From: a virus
Taxonomy: Duplodnaviria > Caudoviricetes
Strand: one strand, 5' to 3'
Length of the DNA stretch: 58,725 nt
Virus record (IMG/VR): IMGVR_UViG_3300048672_000976
Span: 1 to 58,725 of that record
In this document: positions 18,901-27,855 of the stretch, piece by piece
How the letters are laid out: the number at the start of each line of letters is the position of its first letter
How positions within the stretch are numbered: position 1 is the first letter of the stretch
Made by a program: the position numbers and the translations under genes
The notes under the pieces: generated by a model
What the model saw: only the letters and a program-made list of their open reading frames with translations
Databases searched by the model: none
What the model was told of the DNA's origin: nothing

Positions 18901-21351
18901 TGTTTTTGTTGGCGTAACAGTATTTGTCGGTGTAACAGTATTTGTCGGTGTAACAGTATTTGTTGATGTAACTGTATTTGTCGGTGTAACAGTATTTGTT
19001 GATGTAACAGTTTTTGTTGGTGTAACCGTATTCGTAGGGGTAACGGTATTTGTTGGTGTGACCGTATTCGTAGGGGTAATTGTATTTGTTGGGGTTACAG
19101 TTTTTGTTGGTGTAATTGTATTTGTTGGGGTTACAGTTTTTGTTGGTGTAACCGTATTCGTAGGGGTAACGGTATTTGTTGGGGTAACGGTATTCGTTGG
19201 TGTAATTGTTTTTGTTGGTGTAATGGTTTTTGTTGGCGTAACTGTATTTGTTGGTGTAACAGTATTTGTTGGTGTAACAGTATTAGTTGGCGTAATTGTG
19301 TTTGTTGGTGTGATTGTAGGAGTTACAGTTACAGTATTCGTTGGGGTAACGGTATTCGTTGGGGTAATGGTTGGTGTAATGGTTACTGTTTTTGTTGGTG
19401 TAATGGTATTTGTTGGTGTAATGGTATTTGTTGGTGTAATACTACTAGTTGGTGTAATACTAATAGTTGGTGTAGGGGAACTAAATGGCGATGGTGTTAC
19501 AGTAGGTGTTGGTGTTGGGGTCGGTACTATTGATAATACAGCATCAATTATAATTGTATCTCCGTTTGTTATTGTTATACCACTAAAACTAGGTAAATCT
19601 AATGGATTAAAATAATCACTATTATATTCTTCATAAATAATATTTTCAACATTATTTATATTTCTAATTGTAATTTTTAAATATAATAATGAATTTTGTG
19701 TATTTGATACCCACCCAATTGTAAAATCATCAGCAGCATATTGTGTGATATTATAAATTGCATTAGTTATTGATGTATTAAAATTAAAAATGTCAACATT
19801 ATTTGCTGAAATATTTAAAATATCATTAGTGTTATTTGTTATTAAATTTACTATTAAATAATTACAATTTACATAACTCTCATATCTATTATCCCCATAT
19901 GTAATAGATGATTCACCTAAAGCTAAAACATCATTATTGCTATTTTTTAATAAGATAGTAAAATTAGTTGTATGTACAACATTTGAACTATCGTAATAAT
20001 TTATATAAGCATTTATTGGGTCATCAAAATTACTTAAATATGGTGCTGATGGACCATCTATTAATACTAATTCTAAATATGAACCATCAGGAATTGTAAT
20101 TGATGGTAAATCAAGATTAAATTGTACTGTACATAAATCATTTACATCGCAATCAGGTAAAATACATATCGGATCACCTAATGTTATTGTTGGTATAGGA
20201 CAATGAGCATTAAAATCAAAAATACCAACACCATTTGGTTTTATTACTGTGATTTGTAAAACTGATGGTGATGCATTTAATTCTTTATAAAAATATACTT
20301 CCGATGGTATATCGTTAATATCACTAATTAAATATAATTCATTACCATTATATTTTACACTTATTGAAGTGATGTTACCTGTCGCAATAATATCAATTAA
20401 AACCCATCCATTTGTTTCATTTTCTAAATCAATTGTGTAAGTATAAACCGCAGGATTTGAAAGTGTTGTACCTGTAAAACCAACATTATCGCCACAATTT
20501 GCATAGAATTGATAATAATCAATAGGTATTGTTTTTGTTGGGGTAATAGTTGGGGTTACAGTAGGTGTTTTTGTTGGTGTTACTGTATTTGTTGGTGTTA
20601 CTGTTGGTGTTGGTTTTATTGCAAAATATACGATAATCGACGGAAAATACCCTTCAGTAATACCGTTATTAGTCATAAATAACGTCCCAAAAGTATAAGT
20701 ATCAACATATGGTTCAGCTATTGTTGTTGTAACACCCCAATACGAAATTGAATCTATTTTTGAAATTGTGTAACCATTATTTGCTATAATTGTCGTCCCC
20801 AATAAATTATACGCACTATCATTTAATCCTAAATTATAATTTGTATAAAAAACAGCATTATTACCTACGCCATTTAATGTTATTGTTCCGCCACCCATAT
20901 CATTATATGGATCACGCATTTCAAAATAATATTTGTACGTATAAAGAACAACACTTTCGGTTGGTGTAACTGTTGGGGTAATAGTACTTGTTATTGTTAC
21001 CGTTGGTGTAACTGTTGATGTTACGGTTACTGTTGGTGTTAATGTATTTGTTGGTGTGACTGTTGGTGTAACTGTTGGGGTTGGTGTTGGGGTAACTGTT
21101 GGGGTAATTGGATAAATAATGTTACTATCACAACCTAATAGTGTATTATGTAAAATAAGTTGCGTTGTGGTATCAGGTATGGTAACTATTACACCATTAA
21201 CTGAATTTAACTGCGTTAATGTTAAACCAACAGCAAAGTCAGTTGTATTGAAAATAGTTGCATAATTATTTGCATTTATTTCATCATAATATATATTAAA
21301 TGGTCCTTCTGTTGAACCAGTTGTGATTTTTATTTTATAATATTTTGACAT
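12934..21351 (-). CDS. Giant (2805 aa) Thr/Pro-repeat fibre/adhesin-like protein
   Basis: N-terminal GPFNIYYD module, long TPT(N/K/S)T(V/I) arrays separating beta-rich domains, and a Cys-rich repeat C-terminus. Confidence 0.7.
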   Translation of the reverse strand: MSKYYKIKITTGSTEGPFNIYYDEINANNYATIFNTTDFAVGLTLTQLNSVNGVIVTIPDTTTQLILHNTLLGCDSNIIYPITPTVTPTPTPTVTPTVTPTNTLTPTVTVTSTVTPTVTITSTITPTVTPTESVVLYTYKYYFEMRDPYNDMGGGTITLNGVGNNAVFYTNYNLGLNDSAYNLLGTTIIANNGYTISKIDSISYWGVTTTIAEPYVDTYTFGTLFMTNNGITEGYFPSIIVYFAIKPTPTVTPTNTVTPTKTPTVTPTITPTKTIPIDYYQFYANCGDNVGFTGTTLSNPAVYTYTIDLENETNGWVLIDIIATGNITSISVKYNGNELYLISDINDIPSEVYFYKELNASPSVLQITVIKPNGVGIFDFNAHCPIPTITLGDPICILPDCDVNDLCTVQFNLDLPSITIPDGSYLELVLIDGPSAPYLSNFDDPINAYINYYDSSNVVHTTNFTILLKNSNNDVLALGESSITYGDNRYESYVNCNYLIVNLITNNTNDILNISANNVDIFNFNTSITNAIYNITQYAADDFTIGWVSNTQNSLLYLKITIRNINNVENIIYEEYNSDYFNPLDLPSFSGITITNGDTIIIDAVLSIVPTPTPTPTVTPSPFSSPTPTISITPTSSITPTNTITPTNTITPTKTVTITPTITPTNTVTPTNTVTVTPTITPTNTITPTNTVTPTNTVTPTNTVTPTKTITPTKTITPTNTVTPTNTVTPTNTVTPTKTVTPTNTITPTKTVTPTNTITPTNTVTPTNTVTPTNTVTPTKTVTSTNTVTPTNTVTSTNTVTPTNTVTPTNTVTPTKTVTPTNTITPTNTITPTNTITSTNTATPTSTITPTNTITPTSTITPTNTVTPTNTVTPTKTVTPTNTVTPTVTVTPTKTVTPTNTVTPTVTVTPTKTVTPTNTITPTNTVTPTNTVTSTNTVTPTKTVTPTNTVTPTKTVTPTNTVTPTVTVTPTKTVTPTNTVTPTNTVTPTNTVTSTNTVTPTNTVTVTPTTTPTNTVTSTNTVTPTKTVTPTNTITPTNTVTPTNTVTPTVTVTPTNTVTPTNTVTPTNTITPTNTVTPTNTVTPTNTITPTNTVTTTITPTNTVTPTNTVTPTNTVTPTNTVTPTNTVTPTNTVTPTNTVTPTNTVTPTNTVTPTNTVTPSITPSPFSSPTPTNTVTPTNTVTPTKTVTPTNTITSTSTITPTNTVTPTNTVTPTNTSTPTNTITPTSTITPTNTITPTNTVTPTKTVTPTMSVTPTNTVTPTNTVTPTSTITPTNTVTPTKTVTPTMSVTPTNTVTPTNTVTPTSSITPTNTITPTNTVTPTKTVTPTNTITPTNTVTPTSSITPTNTVTPTNTVTPTKTVTPTNTITPTNTNTPTNTVTPTSTITPTNTITPTKTVTPTNTVTPTNTITPTKTVTPTNTITPTKTVTPTMSVTPTNTITPTNTVTPTKTVTPTMSVTPTNTVTPSITPTNTVTPTNTITPTNTITPTKTVTPTNTITPTVTPTSTPTIFRYRFVMYAPGGGFGGGSFYLDNDPKNPIIVTTTYDLFVSTAQYELTNKNVIANSGNIISSIEYYDVNNDLIWVFYPNSSSYTFGGVVSVFINSTGITVYPVVKFNFTVAPTSTPTVTPTNTVTPSITPTNTVTPTNTVTPTVTPSPFSSPTPTPTITPTKTVTPTNTITPTNTVTPTKTVTPTNTITPTNTVTPTKTVTSTNTITPTNTVTPTKTVTPTNTITPTNTVTPTKTVTPTNTVTPTNTVTPTKTVTPSITPTNTVTPTNTITPTNTITPTNTVTPTKTVTPTNTVTPTNTVTPTNTITPTNTVTPTNTVTPSITPTKTVTPTTTITPTRTVTPTSTITPTSTITPTKTVTPTVTVTPTKTPTSTITPTKTVTPTVTPSITPTNTVTPTNTPTPTTPIRELLNLQFNSTSQYDACYNYTNIFNLYWQGSSTLQVDNIVYKSALILSTNIATQGYYSINGVVYTISRDGVVLDISTCITRTPTPTPTMTVTPTITRTVTPTKTVTPTKTVTPTNTVTPTNTVTPTKTVTPTITPTKTVTPTNTITPTTPVFMYYIYDLGYFDNDICKIGGYPTAVYSNFHIDNGFYRRDGYINFNTFLFIEVPHSIRTTFISGVTISSQPFCTVTSYDPEWYPFFDPFGVQQKTCYNGYSYDVFIDINRFSSTYLQYLINYTGQPSYVLTSTPTFGLCVTPTPTVTVTPTKTLTLTPTKTTNLTPTPTSTVTPTKTLTPTPTKTTNLTPTPTPTNTVTPTRTVTPTVTVTPTKSPIIVPPSYSTIALNPQDSPNTNEYAIQFYQNGAWVADLNFKNGTQTYPAGTIFRIIYSSNICGLILNGVAWNGDSTTTVADTLYDIILYNALYFYDYGSPYCVGCEKRQGTTNKCGTFSYRIISSSTCDCDESCGGTYYDYYCVGTTQYRQLKYNCTGNNVGSAEVWETCSATCGTDTSANYSINVGTYSTCSNGVVTSYTVYQNSNACYSGGQNYLMNGTTYSYNPSNTIDTSANYSINVGTYSTCSNGVVTSYTVYQNSNACFGGNQYYMNGTSYASNPSNTINTNPSWTSTGNITCSGGVEYTIYQDNNQCSASYGHYQVNGIDVGGTQPTIGSCCNAATTATLHTNNPSYGNSIINCSVDGFNGSYIDFHYELYKDGILLESLITSNSSTSFTRTICPGNVEVKVIVNTCAGSFTVINSVIIANPILDTPVMSICRNENGGYYVVSVTNLITVGNGCTVKFYRDNLNDVLAEVNVNNSGSTVFTVTTLQSFFQYYVTQTVCGVESGRSNYVIGLDAYNNLC
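13655..13985 (-). repeat. Near-identical tandem duplication (~55 aa, ~165 bp) of a Cys-rich unit
   Basis: [33 protein letters not shown] occurs twice; DNA differences in the core are synonymous. Confidence 0.9.
15612..16495 (-). repeat. 18-bp coding tandem repeat array (TPTNTV-type hexapeptide)
   Basis: Repeated plus-strand gttggtgtaac(a/t)gt(a/g/t)ttt units. Confidence 0.95.
16830..19525 (-). repeat. ~2.7-kb 18-bp coding tandem repeat array (TPT[NKS]T[VI])
   Basis: About 900 residues of almost uninterrupted hexapeptide repeat, with synonymous variation between units. Confidence 0.95.
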
Positions 21352-21378
21352 TAATTATAAATAGTTTCTTTTCAATTA

Positions 21379-22707
21379 TTAACCAATTTCACCGGTACAA
21401 GGATTTATAGTTATAAAGTTCCCACTTGGGCAACCATCAAATATTTTCATGTCGTTTAAATACATTTGTATCCAAGTAACATTCTCATGGCATTTACCAT
21501 ATCCATAACCATAATCCGAATTTGCTGGCGTTGCACAAATTAATGCAAATGTTATTTTATCATTTACAGTAGTACTAACAATATCATTTATTTGTTCGGA
21601 TGTTAGAGTAAATTCATTATATCTGTTTACATTATTTAACCCACTTTCGCCAGGTGGATAATTATGTAAATCAGTATTTCCATTAGTGTTACTTAAATAA
21701 ACTGTTCCAATATATGTACTATTACCTCTTATGAAAAATGTTGCTGCATTACAAGCATGGCCACCACTACATGGACCAATATTTAAATCATATCTTACAA
21801 TAATCTTTAAATTTGCTAAACATTCCGAAATTGTTGGTGTTTCTACTGCTGGTTGGGTGCAAGATATTGTTGCCAAATAATTATCACTTAATTGATAGTT
21901 TGTATCTGGATTACCATTACCAACCTCAACTACTAACTCATATTCACTTTCACCGTCATAAGTAAATGTTAATATACCTGATGGTGTACCAATACTTGAT
22001 CCGTCACCCCATGGGCCACTATATAAATTACCTTTTAAATCACCAACCCAATTACTAGATATTAATGTAACACTATTTTTATTAATTGTGAACTTATTTG
22101 GTCTTTCATATGCACTATAATTAATAGTTATTGTATCGCCACTAATCATATTACTTAAATTTAATGGGTACGTATCTACACTATAATCCATAGTTAAAAA
22201 AGCAGTTGAAAGATAAGAACCACAGCCATATGGTGATATTTCAACAATACTAGGTGTGTATTCTTCAAATGTTGCATCAAATATACAATTTAATGTAACT
22301 GTTGGTGTTACGGTTGGAGTTAATGTTGGTGTAGGGGTGTTAGTTGAGGTTAATGTTGGTGTAGGGGTAAGGGTTCTAAAAGTAGTTCTAGTTGGTGTAT
22401 GAGTTGGTGTTAATGTAATAGTTGATGTAACTGTTTTTGTTGGTGTGATTGTGGGTGTTACAGTTGGTGTTGGGGTAATAGAATGACTAACAGGTAGTAT
22501 AATAATACTACCACAGGTACCTGTTGAAATTAATTTAACATTTGTGGTTTCGTCGGGAACATTAATATAATAATCGCCATTAATTAAAATATCTCTTGAA
22601 ACATTTGTATCTATTGGTGTTAAATAATTATCAACATCAACATAAACATTAAATGGTCCTGTTGATGATGATGCTCTAGTTATTACTATTTGTACTGTAA
22701 ACGACAT
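21379..22707 (-). CDS. GPF-module fibre/decoration protein with Cys/His-rich C-terminal domain
   Basis: N-terminal STGPFNVYVD...VPDETTNVKLISTGTC, TP stalk, then two globular domains. Confidence 0.6.
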   Translation of the reverse strand: MSFTVQIVITRASSSTGPFNVYVDVDNYLTPIDTNVSRDILINGDYYINVPDETTNVKLISTGTCGSIIILPVSHSITPTPTVTPTITPTKTVTSTITLTPTHTPTRTTFRTLTPTPTLTSTNTPTPTLTPTVTPTVTLNCIFDATFEEYTPSIVEISPYGCGSYLSTAFLTMDYSVDTYPLNLSNMISGDTITINYSAYERPNKFTINKNSVTLISSNWVGDLKGNLYSGPWGDGSSIGTPSGILTFTYDGESEYELVVEVGNGNPDTNYQLSDNYLATISCTQPAVETPTISECLANLKIIVRYDLNIGPCSGGHACNAATFFIRGNSTYIGTVYLSNTNGNTDLHNYPPGESGLNNVNRYNEFTLTSEQINDIVSTTVNDKITFALICATPANSDYGYGYGKCHENVTWIQMYLNDMKIFDGCPSGNFITINPCTGEIG

Positions 22708-22719
22708 TAAAAAAATAAA

Positions 22720-24192
22720 TTATATTGTTACTCTCACTAATTCAGCTTTAAAACCTTTTAGTGTTATTGGTATTTGAATTTCATTACCTGTTAAATCATT
22801 AGCAATAACAGTAACAAATTCTAAGGTATCATTTGTTGCTTCAAAATTACATACATATATTAGACATTCACGTTTATTTAATTGCGTGTTGTAATAGTAT
22901 TTCATTTCTATCGTTGGCTCTTTGTAATGTAGATTATATGGAATTTGTTTATAGTCACCCGTTCTACGTACACCATGTGTGCTATGTATGAAATCAGGTG
23001 TAAACCATTCATAATTAGTATCTTCAATTATATCTTTGTGTTGTGATGCTTGCCACATAGCTAAAACAACATATTGATTAACACCTAGCCATATTATTGA
23101 TGGCCCAATAGTATAAATCTCATTTCTTAATGTAACTTGGATACTACCATTAACATTTTCTATCTCTAAATCACGTAACGTACCATCAACATTCACATCG
23201 CCAAATGCACAAAATCTATCAATAAAATGAAACAAACCGTCTGCTGTTGTCATTGCTGCTAATGCTAAACTATATGTAAAATTTGGGTTTGATGGTGCTT
23301 TTGTAAGCCCATCACCTTCACCTATTGTTATTAACGATCCATCATTTTTACGATATCGGAATTGAAAGCCGAAATTTTCACTATGCGACCATAATGTATA
23401 ATAAAAATTCTTATAAACTGTTTTATTGGTTAATTCATACTTACGTCTAGCTAATTGTTTTTCGAACATACCAAAAGCCACATAATAATGCGTTCTATCG
23501 TTACCAAAAACATAAACATCTTCCATTAAAAAATCACAACCACCCAATTCTTGGAGTGAAATTGGTGGATTTCTCAAATATTCACATAAAGTGTCACAAA
23601 CACTTGTATTGTTTATATTATAAAATTTATCTAATACATCATTAAATGCTGTTAATGAATAAATTCCAAATTTTGAATTTGGTTGTCTTTCTCTTGATTG
23701 ATTAAAAAAGTTATTTAAGTTTGTTAAATAATTTAATACCGGTGGTGACCCACCATACCCAATTCCCTGTTCACCATTAACCCATTGAAGGTATTCATTT
23801 GTTCCTGCACCTAATGTTAATGTATTATCGACTAGATTACCATCTTCATTTTTAAAACCTAATTGTTGGCTTGGCGTATATGCATTTAAAAAATCACTTG
23901 TTCGTGTTGTATTTTCATCAATAAAACCATTTAATTTTGGAAATCTATTATATCCAACTCTCTCACCCGGATCAATTCTTATTGATTCATTTTCTTGAGA
24001 TTTCATATATGAATAATCATATTCAGGATGTTCTGCTATTTTATTTGATGGTATTTGGAATGTGGGTATGGTATCATAACTATAAATTCTTTTCTTAGGT
24101 GATTTATAGTTTTTACTATTCATATCCGTTTCTATCTGAAACATATCGGTTTGGAAAAACCATTCCGGTATTGCACTTGTTTGTATTTTCAT
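22720..24192 (-). CDS. Hypothetical protein, possibly glycoside-hydrolase-like (TIM-barrel) virion accessory
   Basis: No TP stalk; aromatic-rich. Segments RQPNSKFGIYS and DFLMEDVY loosely resemble GH barrel strands. The ORF is solid but the function is weakly supported. Confidence 0.35.
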   Translation of the reverse strand: MKIQTSAIPEWFFQTDMFQIETDMNSKNYKSPKKRIYSYDTIPTFQIPSNKIAEHPEYDYSYMKSQENESIRIDPGERVGYNRFPKLNGFIDENTTRTSDFLNAYTPSQQLGFKNEDGNLVDNTLTLGAGTNEYLQWVNGEQGIGYGGSPPVLNYLTNLNNFFNQSRERQPNSKFGIYSLTAFNDVLDKFYNINNTSVCDTLCEYLRNPPISLQELGGCDFLMEDVYVFGNDRTHYYVAFGMFEKQLARRKYELTNKTVYKNFYYTLWSHSENFGFQFRYRKNDGSLITIGEGDGLTKAPSNPNFTYSLALAAMTTADGLFHFIDRFCAFGDVNVDGTLRDLEIENVNGSIQVTLRNEIYTIGPSIIWLGVNQYVVLAMWQASQHKDIIEDTNYEWFTPDFIHSTHGVRRTGDYKQIPYNLHYKEPTIEMKYYYNTQLNKRECLIYVCNFEATNDTLEFVTVIANDLTGNEIQIPITLKGFKAELVRVTI

Positions 24193-24194
24193 TT

Positions 24195-26273
24195 TTAATT
24201 ATATTTCTTATAAAAATTACAGTTTATTTTAAAATTAGAATATTTACTCATTTTTGAATCAAAAAAATCTTCTGTCATATCAATAATAAATTCATGAACT
24301 TCATTATTATCTATGTTATAATATTTTGGCATACCACCATTAATTATTAAATCACCATCGGGAATTGTTGTACCATTCATATATTTCAATAAATTAATCT
24401 CACTTCCTGTTAAGTTAAATTGTAATTGTTGGTTTACTTTATTAATATCACTTCTATTTTGATAAATCAATTTATATTTCATCATTTTTACATAACGATT
24501 TCCATTATCAGGATGATTATTATCTCTTATTGGACCATAATCACTAGTGTAACCAAAACCGCCTATAGTATCGCATAATTCCCAAATAACATTACCCTCA
24601 GCATTATTTTCAAATTCAATTAATTTCATATATACTTTAGATTTTTCTGAACCATGATACGTAATTGAATGTGTTGGAAAATCAACGCCTATATATTTTA
24701 TACCGTTAATATCTACTTTACCTGCAATATTATTAATACCACCATTAATATTTAATTCGGGGTAATTCGTACCTTTTTGTCCATAGAATCTAAATGCTGA
24801 TATACCTTCAGAAATTATACTATTTTGTGAATTAATATTATGTAAATAGGTCCAATAATCACTACCATATCTATATCCTTGCCATCCTAACCACCATGAA
24901 TTAAAATTATTCTGATCATTATTATCATAAGAATCAAAAGCCACTTCAATATTTTGACAATTTGTTATTATATCTTTTTTTGTTGGTGTTACATTTGGTG
25001 TTTTAGATGGTGTTTGAGTGATAATAGGTCCGTTTGTTGAATCAATTCCGATTAAAATTTGAAAAGAGGCATTAAATTCAGTTATTATATTTTCTATTCT
25101 CTTATAATATTCATCGTTTTTATTATTGTTATTTAATTCGGTAACTTCAACTGATATTATCAATTCAATTAACGAACCTCTAAACATATTTGGTATTGTG
25201 TATCCATTTGGTAAACCTATTATTTTTTTTAATCGGTTAATTGTAAAATATGGTTTGCAATTATAATTATGTTCACCTTGGTTATATACAAAAGAACCAT
25301 TGTTTTTTATTTGCTCATCAAAATTACCATTAAAGAATTGATAATTTAATGTTAAACCATCAGGTTCAATATTCAACTTATGTACCCAATAATTTCCTGC
25401 ACCACTTAAATATCCCCAACCATCAATTTTATCAACCTTAGTATAATAAGGAAATAAAATTTTTGTATTAACAACAGATGCATTGGGTACTATTAAATCA
25501 CCAATTTCGGTTACTTTACCATCAACTATTTTAACATATTTAGCTATATATTTTTCAAAATAACACATATACCCAGTAATATTAAAAAGAACACCATCAC
25601 CATTATATATTCCGCAATTTATTGCTAAACCATTAGATTTGTTTATTTTTACATTTTCAATAATATTTCTTACTGTTGATGCTTCAGGAATTATAAAATT
25701 ATATAATTCTGTTAAGTCTTTATAATACTCTAAATTTGGGATATTACCACTAAATCGTTGATATGTGGTGTAAACTAAAAATGGTAAATCATATAATTTA
25801 ATTACTTGTGGCGGTCCTGTTGGCGTACCACTATTGGTTGGTGTTATAGTATTGGTTGGGGTAATTGTTGCGGTAACGGTTACTATACTACTATTTGTTG
25901 GTGTTACCGTCATTGTGGGTGTAATTGTAGGTGTAACGGTTACTGTATTGGTTGGTGTTACCGTAATTGTGGGTGTAATGGTTACAGTATTGGTTGGAGT
26001 TACAGTAATTGTGGGTGTGACTGTTGTTTTTGAAATGTTATAATAAATATATTCTACTTGATTTTCTAACCCACTAGTATTATGTAGAATTATTTTTTTA
26101 CTATATTCAGGAACAACAATTAAAACACCAACGTTGGTTAATAAATCATAATCAATATTTGTGGCTAAATTATATCCTCCATAAATAAATGGTACATTAT
26201 TCAACACATCATAATAAACATTAAATGGACCACTTGATGTTGATGTTTTTGCTAATTTTATTTCTATTATCAT
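24195..26273 (-). CDS. GPF-module fibre protein with duplicated C-terminal head
   Basis: SSGPFNVYYD N-terminus, TP stalk, and a ~530-aa C-terminus paralogous to that of 26276..30340. Confidence 0.65.
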   Translation of the reverse strand: MIIEIKLAKTSTSSGPFNVYYDVLNNVPFIYGGYNLATNIDYDLLTNVGVLIVVPEYSKKIILHNTSGLENQVEYIYYNISKTTVTPTITVTPTNTVTITPTITVTPTNTVTVTPTITPTMTVTPTNSSIVTVTATITPTNTITPTNSGTPTGPPQVIKLYDLPFLVYTTYQRFSGNIPNLEYYKDLTELYNFIIPEASTVRNIIENVKINKSNGLAINCGIYNGDGVLFNITGYMCYFEKYIAKYVKIVDGKVTEIGDLIVPNASVVNTKILFPYYTKVDKIDGWGYLSGAGNYWVHKLNIEPDGLTLNYQFFNGNFDEQIKNNGSFVYNQGEHNYNCKPYFTINRLKKIIGLPNGYTIPNMFRGSLIELIISVEVTELNNNNKNDEYYKRIENIITEFNASFQILIGIDSTNGPIITQTPSKTPNVTPTKKDIITNCQNIEVAFDSYDNNDQNNFNSWWLGWQGYRYGSDYWTYLHNINSQNSIISEGISAFRFYGQKGTNYPELNINGGINNIAGKVDINGIKYIGVDFPTHSITYHGSEKSKVYMKLIEFENNAEGNVIWELCDTIGGFGYTSDYGPIRDNNHPDNGNRYVKMMKYKLIYQNRSDINKVNQQLQFNLTGSEINLLKYMNGTTIPDGDLIINGGMPKYYNIDNNEVHEFIIDMTEDFFDSKMSKYSNFKINCNFYKKYN

Positions 26274-27855
26274 TTTTAATTATATTTATTGTAAAAATTA
26301 CAGTTCATTTTGAAATTAGAGTAACTACCACTTAATGAATCATAGAATTCTTCTGTCATATCAATAATAAATTCATGAACATCATTATCATAAATATTAT
26401 AATACTTAGGAATACCACCATTAATTATTAAATCTTCATCAGGAATTATTGTACCATTCATATATTTCAATAAATTAACCTCACTTCCTGTTTTATTAAA
26501 TTGTAATTGTTGATTTACTATTGATGTGTTACTATTATTTTGATAAATCAATTTATATTTCATCATTTTCACATAACGATTTGCATTATCTGGGTGATTA
26601 TTATCTCTTAATGGACCATAATCACTAGTGTAACCAAAACCACCTTTAGTATCACATAATTCCCAAACAACTCTACCCTCAGTATTATTTTCAAATTCAA
26701 CTAATTTCATATATACTTTAGATTTCTCTGAACCATGATAGGTAATTGAATGTGTTGGTAAGTCTATTGTTATATATTTTACACCGTTAATATCAACTTT
26801 ACCTGAACGATTATTTGTTCCACCATTAACATTTAATGATGGATATGTAACGCCATATTGTCCATAGAATCTAAATGCTGATATACCATCTGAAATAGGG
26901 CTATTATATGAATTTATGATGTTTAAGTAGGTCCAATAATCACTACCATAACTATATCCTTGCCATCCTAGCCACCATGAATTAAAGTTATTCTGATCGT
27001 TATTATCATAAGGTTCAAAAGCAACTTCAATATCTTGACAATCTAATGTTACAGGTGTTGGGGTTGGGGTGATTATTGGTACAACAGTCGGCTCAATACC
27101 TATTAATATTTGGAAACTAGCATTAAATGTTGTTATTATATTTCTTATTCTAAGTTGATATGCTTCATCTAATACTGAAGGTGTTGGATATTCAATAGGC
27201 TCAATTGAAATTACTAACTCAATTAATGAGCCTCTAAACATATCAGGTATAATGTAACCATTTGGTAAACCATATATCTTATTTAATCTATTAATTGTGA
27301 AATATGGCCTACATGTATATATATAATCACCTTGAGTGTATAAGAAAGTCCCACCTGTATTTATTTCATTATCATAATTATTATTAACAAATACATAATT
27401 AATAGTTAAACCATCTGATTCTATATTCATTTTATGGTACCAAAAATCACCATTATCACCTAAATAACCCCATCCATCATCATTAAATACTGTTGTGTAA
27501 TATGGAAATAATATTTTTGTTCCAATGACACCAGTACTCGGTGCCGTTAATGTACCAATTTCAGTAACAGTACCACTAATTATTTTAACATATTTAGGTA
27601 TCCCTAAATTAAAATATAACATATAACCTGTTATATTGAAGTGACCGGCATTTTCGTTATAAATTTTACTACCAATTACCAAACCATTAGATGTGTCAAC
27701 TTTTACTGTTTCAATAACATTACTTACCATAGATGCTTCAGGTATTATGTAATTATATAATTCAGTTAAATCATTATAATAGTTTAATGTGCCTGTATTA
27801 TTAGTAAAATACCAATATGATGTATAAACCATATTACTAACACCATATAATTGTA
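24195..27855 (-). repeat. Diverged direct duplication, ~1.6 kb (24195-~25800 vs 26276-~27855)
   Basis: Long identical peptides such as [38 protein letters not shown] and [15 protein letters not shown] occur in both copies. Confidence 0.95.

Noticed and set aside
15612-19525. CRISPR array
   Set aside because: Contiguous degenerate 18-bp coding units with no unique spacers; no cas genes.
14567-19615. Long plus-strand ORFs of (VGVTVF)n, up to 918 aa
   Set aside because: They are antisense shadows of the TPTNTV repeat, whose reverse complement lacks stops. They have no independent features, and all real genes are on the minus strand.
24195-27855. Diversity-generating retroelement TR/VR pair
   Set aside because: Differences are not adenine-restricted in the segments I compared, the repeat is far longer than a TR, both copies are coding, and there is no reverse transcriptase in the window.
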